A DNA stretch of 39,940 nucleotides from Kofleriaceae bacterium (GTDB lineage Bacteria; Myxococcota_A; Polyangia; Haliangiales; Haliangiaceae): assembly GCA_046597055.1 (NCBI GenBank), contig JBKJLC010000020.1, forward strand, positions 1-39,940. The letters are read 5' to 3'. The notes below the pieces were generated by a model, which was given only the letters and a program-made list of their open reading frames with translations, had not been told where the DNA came from and made no database searches. The stretch's first letter is position 1. Every line of letters starts with the position of its first letter. Shown here one piece after another: positions 21,908-30,319 of this stretch. The translations under genes were made by a program, and so were the position numbers.

Positions 21908-24877
21908 TCAGGGACAGGCCATCGCGTTGGCGATGCAGACATCGCCGCAGGCGCGGGTCCCGGTCGGGCAACAGTAGCCGTTCGAGCAGGCGGTGCCGCC
22001 GGCGCAGGCCTGACCGCACGCCCCGCAGCTGGTGTTGCTGGTCGCCAGGTTCACGCAGGCGCCGCCGCACTCGACCTGACCGACGGGGCAGCTCAGCGCG
22101 CAGCAGCGGAAGCCGGTGTGCGCGAACGTGTACGTGGTCGGCACGACCGTGAGGTCGAAGTCGCACGTGCTGCCGTGCTCGAAGTTGTCGAACGAGCCGC
22201 CGCGCAGCGTGTGCACCGTCTGGCCGCCGACGACCCGCGGATCCTCGACCCACTCCTTGAGGTTGCCCGACTGGTCGCGCGAAAGCTCCTGGGCCTCGCA
22301 GCTCGCGAGCGTGCCGGTTCCGATCGCGACGTCCTCGTTGTTGCCGCCCGCGACCGGGTCGTACTCGGCGCCGTTGCACGCGGTCGGCGCGAAGGTGTTG
22401 CCGTACGGGAAGGTGCGGTTGGCCGAGCCCTCGCAGAAGCGTCCCCACTCGTCGGAGACCACCTGGCCGCTGCCATTGCGCGTGACCCGGCACAGCCGCA
22501 TGCCGGCGCGCTGGCAGGCGGTGCGCGCCTCGTTGAAGTCACCGCTCGCCCATGGCAGCCGGCCCGCGACCGAGCAGGCCCGTGACTCGACGAAGCCGGG
22601 CGACAGCGCGGTGGCGTCGGGCCGGGTCGCCTCGTACCGGTACATCACGACGCTCTGGGCGTTGATCGTCAGCGGCCCGACCGTCACGTCGACCACGCCG
22701 GCGAAGCCGCCGCCGGTGTAGGGCTCGTCGACGTGGCCGTCGCAGTCGTCGTCGCGGTTGTTGCAGGTCTCGTTGGCCGCGGCGAGGCCGGCGCTGGTGA
22801 CGTTGCAGCGCAGGCCGGTCATCGCCACGTTGCACACCAGCGCGCCGGTGCCGCGGCAGACGCCGAGCTTGCGGCTGGTGGCGAAGGTGCCGTCCTCGGC
22901 GCACGCGCTGTTCTTGAGCGGATAGACCTCGTCGGGCGCGCCGTCACAGTCGTTGTCCTTGCCGTCGCAGCGCGTCTCCTCGAGCACCACGTCGCCGTTC
23001 ACCTGCTCGACGTCGACGTCGGTGTACACGCAGTCCCAGCCCGCGGCCCCGGCGCAGGTCGGGGTGGTGCCGGCGCACTCGCCCGCCGACTTGCAGAAGT
23101 TCCCGGGCACCAGGATCGACGGATCGGCCTGGTCGACCAGGCCGTCGCAGTCGTTGTCGACCCCGTCGCAGACCTCCTGACCCGAGTTGGTGCACATGTA
23201 CTCGCAGCCGTCGGCGACGGTGCCGTTGAGGTTGACCCAGCCGGCCAGACAGCCGGCCACCGTGCAGCTGCCGCCCGAGCAGCCCGCGACCGCGTTGAAC
23301 GGCAGCAGGTTGCAGCCGGCGCAGTTGGCGCAGTAGCGCGGGTCGGTCAGCTTGTTGAAGCCGTTGTCGATCGCGCCGTTGCAGTCGTCGTCGAGGTTGT
23401 TGCAGCTCTCGGTCGCCGGCCCGACGTCGTTCACGCAGTCGATCGCGCCGGCGGTGCAGCTGGTGGTGCCGGTCGCGCACTCGCCGGTGGCGATGCCGCA
23501 GCTCAGGTTGCCGCCGGGGTTGCCGTTGTCGATGGTGCCGTTGCAGTCGTTGTCGACGCCGTCGCAGATCTCGACGCCGCCATTCGACCGGATGCAGCCG
23601 TACTCGCAGCCGTCACCGGCCAGCCCGTTGATGTTGTAGAAGTTCGGATTGCAGGTGCCGAGCGCGCACGCGTTGTTGGCGCATCCCGCAGCCGCGTTGG
23701 CGAACGTGCAGCGGTTGCCACACGCGCCGCAGTTGTTGGGATCGGTCACCGTGTTGAACGTCTCGTCGATGGTGCCGTTGCAGTTGTTGTCCGTCCCGTC
23801 GCAGGTCTCGGCCCCGGTGTTGATGCAGGCGATCTCGCAGCCATCGCCGGGCAGTCCGTTGCGATCGATGTGCCCGAAGGTGCAGCTGGCGATCGTGCAC
23901 GCGCCCAGCGCGCAGCCCTCGATGGCGTCGGGCAGGTTGCAGGGCGTGCAGCCGCCGCAGTGCTGCGGATCGTTCTGCTTGTCGAAGCCGTCATCGACCA
24001 CGCCGTCGCAGTCGTCGTCCTCGCTGTCGCAGATCTCGGGGCTGCCGGTGGTCTGACCCACGCAGAACAGGACCCCGGAGGTGCACTGGGTGGCGCCGGC
24101 GCTGCATACGCCCTGGTCGGTGCCGCAGCTGGCTCCGCCACCCGGGTTGCCATCGTCGACCGCGCCATCGCAGTCGTTGTCCCGGCCATCGCACGCCTCG
24201 ACGCCGCCGTTGGTCGGCGAGCACTGGTACTCGCAGCCTGCCACGTTGGGATTGACGTCGACGAAGCCCGGATCGCAGGCGACCACGGTGCACGTGCCCG
24301 CCGCGCACGCCTCGCTGGCGTGCAGCAGGTTGCAGACGTTGCCGCAGGTCCCGCAGTTGTTGACGTCGGTCAGCCGGTTGAAGCCCTCGTCGGTGACGTT
24401 GTCGCAGTCGTTGTCGTTGTTGTCGCAGACCTCGACGCCGCCGCCGGTCGGGATGCAGAAGTACTCGCACCCGGGTGTGCCCGGCACCGTGTCGTTCCAG
24501 CCCGGCTGGCAGGTGCCCTGACCGCACGTGCCGTTGGTGCACACGCCGAAGGCGTGGTCGTAGCTGCAGCGGTTGCCGCAGCGGCCGCAGTTGTTCGGAT
24601 CGCCGGTGAGGTTGAAGCCGTTGTCGGGAGTGCCGTCGCAGTCGTCGTCGAGCGTGTTGCACACCTCGGGGACCGGGATACAGCTCGAGGCGTCGATCGG
24701 GGGCGTCGGACCATCGCGGCCGGCGGCGTCGCCGTCGGTGCCCCCGTCCCCGCCGCCGCCGCCGTCGCGCCCGCCGTCGCCGTCGCCGCGACCGCCGAGG
24801 TCGTAGGGGTTGACGTTGCAGGCGGCGCCGAGCGCGGCCACCAGCCCCAGCCACAGCGTCACCACCAGGCGGGTCAC
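21908..24877 (-). CDS. Large Cys-rich lipoprotein with about 10 ExCxxxDxDCDG repeats and a C-terminal FGE-sulfatase (CLec-fold) domain
   Basis: Lipobox LGAAC; repeats alternate with DPxxCGxCGxxC modules; FGE motifs RYEA, PW, EW..C, FPYG, DQSGNLKEW, RGGSF, GFRCC; GTG start overlaps upstream stop. Confidence 0.88.
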   Translation of the reverse strand: MTRLVVTLWLGLVAALGAACNVNPYDLGGRGDGDGGRDGGGGGDGGTDGDAAGRDGPTPPIDASSCIPVPEVCNTLDDDCDGTPDNGFNLTGDPNNCGRCGNRCSYDHAFGVCTNGTCGQGTCQPGWNDTVPGTPGCEYFCIPTGGGVEVCDNNDNDCDNVTDEGFNRLTDVNNCGTCGNVCNLLHASEACAAGTCTVVACDPGFVDVNPNVAGCEYQCSPTNGGVEACDGRDNDCDGAVDDGNPGGGASCGTDQGVCSAGATQCTSGVLFCVGQTTGSPEICDSEDDDCDGVVDDGFDKQNDPQHCGGCTPCNLPDAIEGCALGACTIASCTFGHIDRNGLPGDGCEIACINTGAETCDGTDNNCNGTIDETFNTVTDPNNCGACGNRCTFANAAAGCANNACALGTCNPNFYNINGLAGDGCEYGCIRSNGGVEICDGVDNDCNGTIDNGNPGGNLSCGIATGECATGTTSCTAGAIDCVNDVGPATESCNNLDDDCNGAIDNGFNKLTDPRYCANCAGCNLLPFNAVAGCSGGSCTVAGCLAGWVNLNGTVADGCEYMCTNSGQEVCDGVDNDCDGLVDQADPSILVPGNFCKSAGECAGTTPTCAGAAGWDCVYTDVDVEQVNGDVVLEETRCDGKDNDCDGAPDEVYPLKNSACAEDGTFATSRKLGVCRGTGALVCNVAMTGLRCNVTSAGLAAANETCNNRDDDCDGHVDEPYTGGGFAGVVDVTVGPLTINAQSVVMYRYEATRPDATALSPGFVESRACSVAGRLPWASGDFNEARTACQRAGMRLCRVTRNGSGQVVSDEWGRFCEGSANRTFPYGNTFAPTACNGAEYDPVAGGNNEDVAIGTGTLASCEAQELSRDQSGNLKEWVEDPRVVGGQTVHTLRGGSFDNFEHGSTCDFDLTVVPTTYTFAHTGFRCCALSCPVGQVECGGACVNLATSNTSCGACGQACAGGTACSNGYCCPTGTRACGDVCIANAMACP

Positions 24878-27800
24878 GCCGCACCTCCCGTGCGGCGGCG
24901 CCGGCGCCAGAGCGGCCACAGCGCCGCTGCCAGCAGCCACACCGGTGGTGCGCTCCCGCCGACGTCGCAGCCGCCACCCGCGATGGTGACCCGGTCGGTG
25001 TCGAGGTTGCGGGGGACGTCGCAGACGGCGCGGCCATCGCCGTCGACCGTGCAGGTCGTACCGGTGGGGCACTCGGTGGTCAGGCACGGATCGGCGACGC
25101 ACTCGCCGGTGGTCGCGACGCAGACCTCGCTCGGGTTGCAGCGCACGCCCTCGCAGTCGGCGAAGACGCAGCGGCCGTCGGTTGGATCGCAGACCTGACG
25201 GATCGGGCAGCGCACGTCCTCGCAGCGATCGACCTCGCACGCGCCGCCGACGCAGGCCTGGCCGTCAGGGCAGCCGCCGCTGCAGCCGGTCGAGCACACG
25301 CCATCGGTGCAGACCTCGCCGGCCGCGCAAGTGCCAGGTGCGCACGGATCGTCCTCGCACTGGCCGATATTCATCCCGTCGACGATGCACAGCTGGCCGG
25401 CCGTACACCGGTCGGGTAGGTCGAAGCAGTCGAGACAGAAGCCGGCGCGGCACTCCTCGCCGCTCCGGCACATCACGCCCTGACACAGGTTCTCGCACTG
25501 GCCGGTGGTCTGGTTGCACGCCTCGTTGGCGCCGCAGGTCACCTCGAGGCACGGGTCGGGCACGCAGTAGCGGCCCGGCGGCACCACGGTCGTCAGGTCC
25601 TGGCAGGTGTAGCCGGCCGGGCACGGAAACTCGCCGCCGCCACATGGCACCACGCACTGGCCCTGGACGCAGGCGTTCAGCGGGTCGGGGCAGGTCGCCA
25701 TGTCGTCGGCCAGGCCGTCGCAGTCGTTGTCGAGGCCGTCGCACACCTCGGGCTGCGGCCCGATGTAGCCAAGGCACTCGATGTCGCCGTTGACGCACTC
25801 GGTGTGGCCGAACTCGCACGAGCCGAGCTCGCCGTACTGCTCGAACCCCATCGGGACGCAGGTCTGGTCTTCGCCCGGCAGGGGGAACCCGGGCGGGCTC
25901 TCGTCGACCTGCGCATCACAGTCGTTGTCGACGGCGTCGCAGACCTCCTGGGTGCCCGACGACGGCGAACCGCACACCAGGGCGCCGTTGGTGCAGGTCC
26001 AGCGGCCGGGCAAGCACACGCCGGCGGCCGGCGCGCAGACGTCGCCGACCGGGGCTGGCGGGCCCTCGTCGGTGCGGGTGTCGCAGTCGTCGTCGAGGCC
26101 GTTGCAGCTCTCGATGCCGGGCGCGCCGGGCGGCGCGGTGCACACCACCCCCATGCCGTTGGGTGCGCACACGTTGACGCCTTGCTGCCGGCAGACGCCA
26201 ATCTGACCGTTGTCGCAGGCGCCGCCGACCGGGAAGCCGTTGTCGATCACCCCGTCGCAATCGTCGTCGATGTTGTTGCAGAGCTCGGCGGTCGGTCCGA
26301 CCGCGCCGACGCAGACCAGCCCGCCAGCCTGACACGCCAGCACCCCGAACGCGCACGCGCCGACCTCGTTCGGGATGGTGCCGCCGCCGGGCAGCGTGTT
26401 GCACTGGTTGCCGAGCATCGGGTCGGTCTCGTCGGTGGCGGTGTTGCAGTTGTCGTCGAGGTTGTTGCAGACCTCGGGGAACGGTCCGACCTCGCCGACG
26501 CAGTCGGGCATGCCGTTGACGCACTGGAGCGTGCCGGGATCGCAGCGACCGACGCTGCTGCCGCACGCGCCACCGTAGCCGGGCACCTGCTCGTCGGTGC
26601 GGGTATCGCAGTCGTTGTCGAGCGTGTCGCACGCCTCGGTGGTCGGGTTGACCTCCCCGACGCACTGCTCGGTGCCGCCGATGCACTGGATGGCGCCCTG
26701 CCGGCACACGCCCACGAACGGCGGGGTCCCGCAGGCGTCACCGATCTCGGGGTCGGTCACCGCGACGCCTTCGTCGACGCGGCCGTCGCAGTCGTCGTCC
26801 TGGCCGTTGCATTGCTCGGTCCCGGTACCCTCGTCGACGTTGCCGTCGCAGTCGTCGTCCTGCCGGTTGCACGCGATCTCGGCGCCGGGGGTCACCGCGC
26901 CGGCGCACGCGCCGAACATGCCGGCGGTGCAGCTGGCGGTGCCGAAGCGGCACACGCCCTGGCAGACGCCGGTGGTGGTGTTGCAGCCGACCGTGGCCGG
27001 CGGGTAGCACGGCTGGGTCATGCCATCGACGAACGTGTCGCAGTCGTCGTCGAGGTTGTTGCAGGCCTCGACCACCGGCCCGACGCTGCCGCCGCACGCG
27101 ACCGTGCCGGCCACGCAGGTGGTGGTCCCGGGCTGGCAGGCGCCGGTGTCGACGCCGCACGCGCCAGGCGCGAAGTCTTCGTCGAAGATCCCGTCGCAGT
27201 CCTCGTCGCGGTTGTTGCAGTTGTCGCATCCAGCGGCGTCGGTACACACCGGCACGCACCCCTGGCAGTTGATGCCGTTGTCGATCAGGCCGTCGCAGTT
27301 GTCGTCGAGGCCGTTGCACACCTCCATGGTGCCGGTGCCGGCGACCGCGTCGCACTCGAGGCCCAGCTGGTCGGCGGTGCACACGATGGTGCCGGCGTCG
27401 AAGCAGGCGCCGACACCCTCGCTGCACGCCGAGTTCCGCCCAGGGAAGTCCTCGTCGATCGCGCCGTCGCAGTCGTCGTCGAGGTTGTTGCAGCGCTCCG
27501 CGACCACCGAGCTGGCGACGATCTGGGCCAGCGCGAGCTGCAGCTCGAGCTGGCTGGTGACCAGGATCGCCGACCCGGTGCCGCCGGCCGCCGCGATCGC
27601 GTTGAGGTCGGTGCGGGTCTGGCAGTTGGGCTGACCGGGCGGGCAGATCGCGAACCCGATGACGTAGACCGGCACGTCGTAATCGGCGACCGCCACGCCG
27701 GCAGCGTTGGTGAACGACATGTTCTGGAAGGTGCCAGCGGCGGTGACCGCGCCCGACACCGCCTCGCAGCTCTCACCGCCGTCGGTGAGGACGATGACCT

Positions 27801-28953
27801 GGTGCCTGCGGCACGGCGTCTTGGTGTCCGCGGTCGACGTCGCCAGCACCGAAGCGCGCATGTCGCGTAGCGAGGCGGCGATCGGGGTCGCGCCCTGCGG
27901 CCGCAGCTCGTTGGCGGTCGAGAACGGGTTCTGGTTGTGGTCGATCCACGAGTAGATCGACAGGTAGTTGTCGTCGAAGCCCGTCGCCGGAAAGTTCACC
28001 AGCCGCTCGGCCCCGGTCGGATCGCAGGCGCCGTTGTTGCTCAGCCCCCCGTGGTTCCGCATGAAGCGATGGCTCGGGTTGGCGGCCGGGAAGCAGCTCA
28101 CCGTCGACGTGTTGTTCAGCGGGCTGACCCCGCCCGAGCGGACCCGGTCGAGATCAAACAGCATGCAGTTGGCGCGGTCGTAGGTGCTCGCGAAGTCGCA
28201 CGCGTTGCAGGTGAACGTGCCCGGCGAGCCGGTATGGGTGAACCGAGCGCACTGGCCCTCGAAGCCGGCGGTGGTGGTGCCGTCGAGGCGGTCGGCATCG
28301 AACGCGCACACCCGGGCGGTGGCGGCGTTGAGATCGTGGTCCTCGCAGTCGAGCGCGCGCAAGCCGCCAGGCGTGCTCGGGCAGTCGCCGTCAGCGGTGC
28401 AGGTCTGCCCGCCCGTGACCTGCCGGTAGCGCCACAAGGAGAACTCGACCTCGCCGAAGGTCGCGATCACGTCAGCCAAGGCCTCCTTGGCCTGGTACAT
28501 GCGGCTGTCGTCCGCGAGGCCGTTGCCGTTGAGGTCGCAGCCCGGCAGCTCGGCCGAGCCGTCGCCACGGGTCGCGACGCCGTCGCTGGTCGTGAGCGTC
28601 GCGCTGCACGCCGCGCCGGTCAGCCGTTGCACGCAGTTGGTGTAGTCGGTGCGGCACTGCGCGACCCAGTTGCCGGTCCCTCCACACGCAGGGCGCGCGG
28701 CGATCACGTCGATCACGCAGGCGTTGCAAGTCTCCTGCGCCGCGCTGGGGTTGTTCGTGAACGTGCACGGATCCCAAGGGTTCGCGGCCGCGCAGGTCTC
28801 CGTGTACGTGATGATCTCGGGCGTCAGCAGCATCGACCCCGACGAGTCGACGAGCAGCGAGATCCGGTTCTTGACCGGCTGGGCGCTGGCCCCGCCGGCA
28901 CGGCCGACGACAACCAAGGCGGCGAGGAGACCGATACGAAGCAGCAAACGCAT
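24874..28953 (-). CDS. Large Cys-rich surface protein: VWA domain, about 12 ExCxxxDxDCDG repeats, Cys-rich stalk, MYXO-CTERM sorting signal
   Basis: Signal peptide ending ASA; MIDAS DSSGS...ATP...LTDG; C-terminus GGGC + hydrophobic helix + RRRRR. Confidence 0.88.
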   Translation of the reverse strand: MRLLLRIGLLAALVVVGRAGGASAQPVKNRISLLVDSSGSMLLTPEIITYTETCAAANPWDPCTFTNNPSAAQETCNACVIDVIAARPACGGTGNWVAQCRTDYTNCVQRLTGAACSATLTTSDGVATRGDGSAELPGCDLNGNGLADDSRMYQAKEALADVIATFGEVEFSLWRYRQVTGGQTCTADGDCPSTPGGLRALDCEDHDLNAATARVCAFDADRLDGTTTAGFEGQCARFTHTGSPGTFTCNACDFASTYDRANCMLFDLDRVRSGGVSPLNNTSTVSCFPAANPSHRFMRNHGGLSNNGACDPTGAERLVNFPATGFDDNYLSIYSWIDHNQNPFSTANELRPQGATPIAASLRDMRASVLATSTADTKTPCRRHQVIVLTDGGESCEAVSGAVTAAGTFQNMSFTNAAGVAVADYDVPVYVIGFAICPPGQPNCQTRTDLNAIAAAGGTGSAILVTSQLELQLALAQIVASSVVAERCNNLDDDCDGAIDEDFPGRNSACSEGVGACFDAGTIVCTADQLGLECDAVAGTGTMEVCNGLDDNCDGLIDNGINCQGCVPVCTDAAGCDNCNNRDEDCDGIFDEDFAPGACGVDTGACQPGTTTCVAGTVACGGSVGPVVEACNNLDDDCDTFVDGMTQPCYPPATVGCNTTTGVCQGVCRFGTASCTAGMFGACAGAVTPGAEIACNRQDDDCDGNVDEGTGTEQCNGQDDDCDGRVDEGVAVTDPEIGDACGTPPFVGVCRQGAIQCIGGTEQCVGEVNPTTEACDTLDNDCDTRTDEQVPGYGGACGSSVGRCDPGTLQCVNGMPDCVGEVGPFPEVCNNLDDNCNTATDETDPMLGNQCNTLPGGGTIPNEVGACAFGVLACQAGGLVCVGAVGPTAELCNNIDDDCDGVIDNGFPVGGACDNGQIGVCRQQGVNVCAPNGMGVVCTAPPGAPGIESCNGLDDDCDTRTDEGPPAPVGDVCAPAAGVCLPGRWTCTNGALVCGSPSSGTQEVCDAVDNDCDAQVDESPPGFPLPGEDQTCVPMGFEQYGELGSCEFGHTECVNGDIECLGYIGPQPEVCDGLDNDCDGLADDMATCPDPLNACVQGQCVVPCGGGEFPCPAGYTCQDLTTVVPPGRYCVPDPCLEVTCGANEACNQTTGQCENLCQGVMCRSGEECRAGFCLDCFDLPDRCTAGQLCIVDGMNIGQCEDDPCAPGTCAAGEVCTDGVCSTGCSGGCPDGQACVGGACEVDRCEDVRCPIRQVCDPTDGRCVFADCEGVRCNPSEVCVATTGECVADPCLTTECPTGTTCTVDGDGRAVCDVPRNLDTDRVTIAGGGCDVGGSAPPVWLLAAALWPLWRRRRRTGGAA

Positions 28954-29237
28954 GCGGACTCCGACGAATGAAGACCCGATAAGCCGCGCCACGACCGGCG
29001 GGCGGACGCCAGGCGTGATCCCGACTCCCCAGGCGCAGTGTAGATGAAGGTCAGGACCGCGGATACAGCGGGGATCACCCGTCATGAGTGCGGGTAGGGG
29101 ACCGAGCCGGTAGGGAACGGACGCACCGCCACGACCGTCGCGCCGTGCCCGGACCGTTCAGAGGCGGTATCGGTCGGCCGCGGGCCGGAGGCCGCGCCCG
29201 ATCTGTACGGAACCAGCGCCGGCTCGCTTCGCTCGGC

Positions 29238-29645
29238 TCAGTCGTCGAAGCGCAGGCGACCGGCCCCGCGGGCCGGGGCGTCGTCGCTGGCATCGTCGCC
29301 GTCGTCGCGGCCGGCGAGGAAGCGGATGAACATGTCGAGGTAGTGGGTGAGCTCCTTGCCCAGCGGCAGGAACTGCAGCCCGACCTGATGGACCGCGCCC
29401 ATCGAGGTGCACCACACCACCCGCGCCGGGAGCCCCAGCGGCTCCGAGATGCTGTCGGCCGTGAACACGAGCGCGATGCTGGCGTCGACCCGGGCCCCGC
29501 GATCGAGCAGCTGCCCGACCTGGGCGCACAGCCCCCCGCGCGACAGGTTGGTCGCGCGGCCCGACGTGATCGCGGTCCCTTCCGGGCTCTGGATCACGAT
29601 CTGCGCATCGATCGCGAAGCGAGGGGACAAGCGGTCGGCGGTCAC
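29238..29645 (-). CDS. PilZ domain protein
   Basis: RLSPR (RxxxR) and NLSRGG (D/NxSxxG), ARVVW, VGLQF. Confidence 0.85.
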   Translation of the reverse strand: MTADRLSPRFAIDAQIVIQSPEGTAITSGRATNLSRGGLCAQVGQLLDRGARVDASIALVFTADSISEPLGLPARVVWCTSMGAVHQVGLQFLPLGKELTHYLDMFIRFLAGRDDGDDASDDAPARGAGRLRFDD

Positions 29646-29728
29646 CGGGGTAGCTTGGCGACCCTGGAGGCTGGTCGCAACTATTGTCTCCGAGCCGGCC
29701 GCCACCGGCGCTCGCAGACGGTGCCCGC

Positions 29729-30274
29729 TCACCGGCCACACTCGGTCCGAGCGGTCAGCCAGCCGCCGGTCCGGGCATCGAGCTGGGCGAGCGCTTCCTC
29801 GACGTCGAGCGCCAGCCGGGGCTCGGCCGCGTCGTCGTCGGCATCGGCCGCCCGGGCCGCGCGGTCGAGCTCGAGGCGGGCCCGCCGCCAGCGGAAGTAG
29901 AGCGTGGTCACCTCGGCGTCGAGCGCCGCGCGCGCCTTGACCGCCGCGTGCTCCACCCCGTGCAGCCGTGGCTCGGCGGGCTCGTAGAGCAGCCGATCGA
30001 GGCGCCAGGTCATCCGCGCCTCCAGGACGACCTGATGATCGACCTCGGGTGCCGAGGCACGGGTCAGCGCCGTGTCGTCCCAGTCCAGCGCCCGGGCCGC
30101 CCGCAGCGACAGGTAGGGCAGGAGCGCGGCGGTCCGGGCCCGCCCGCGCCAGCGCGGGATCTCGAGCAGGCCGGCGTGCTTGCGCGCGGCGCCCCGCAGC
30201 TCGCGCAGGCCCGGCGCCGCCGTGCACGGGTCGGCTGCGGCCGGTGTCAGCGGGACCGCGACGGCGGCCGCCAC
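29729..30274 (-). CDS. Exported helical hypothetical protein (weak TolC-like character)
   Basis: Signal-like N-terminus ending AAA-DP; RARTAALLP, TWRLDRLLY, EVTTLYF, LDARTGGW; start uncertain. Confidence 0.6.
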   Translation of the reverse strand: MAAAVAVPLTPAAADPCTAAPGLRELRGAARKHAGLLEIPRWRGRARTAALLPYLSLRAARALDWDDTALTRASAPEVDHQVVLEARMTWRLDRLLYEPAEPRLHGVEHAAVKARAALDAEVTTLYFRWRRARLELDRAARAADADDDAAEPRLALDVEEALAQLDARTGGWLTARTECGR

Positions 30275-30319
30275 GATCAGCGCGACGGCATGGCGCGGCC
30301 AGCCTGCTACGGTGGCGCC

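Noticed and set aside
21817..22300. Diversity-generating retroelement target (FGE/CLec domain plus downstream hairpin)
   Set aside because: No reverse transcriptase or template repeat in the window; the FGE domain is followed by a further ~55 residues and the hairpin is over 200 nt away
21908..27500. Recurring GCAGTCGTCGTC-like DNA repeats suggesting a CRISPR or tandem array
   Set aside because: They are codons of the DDDC protein repeats, degenerate and irregularly spaced
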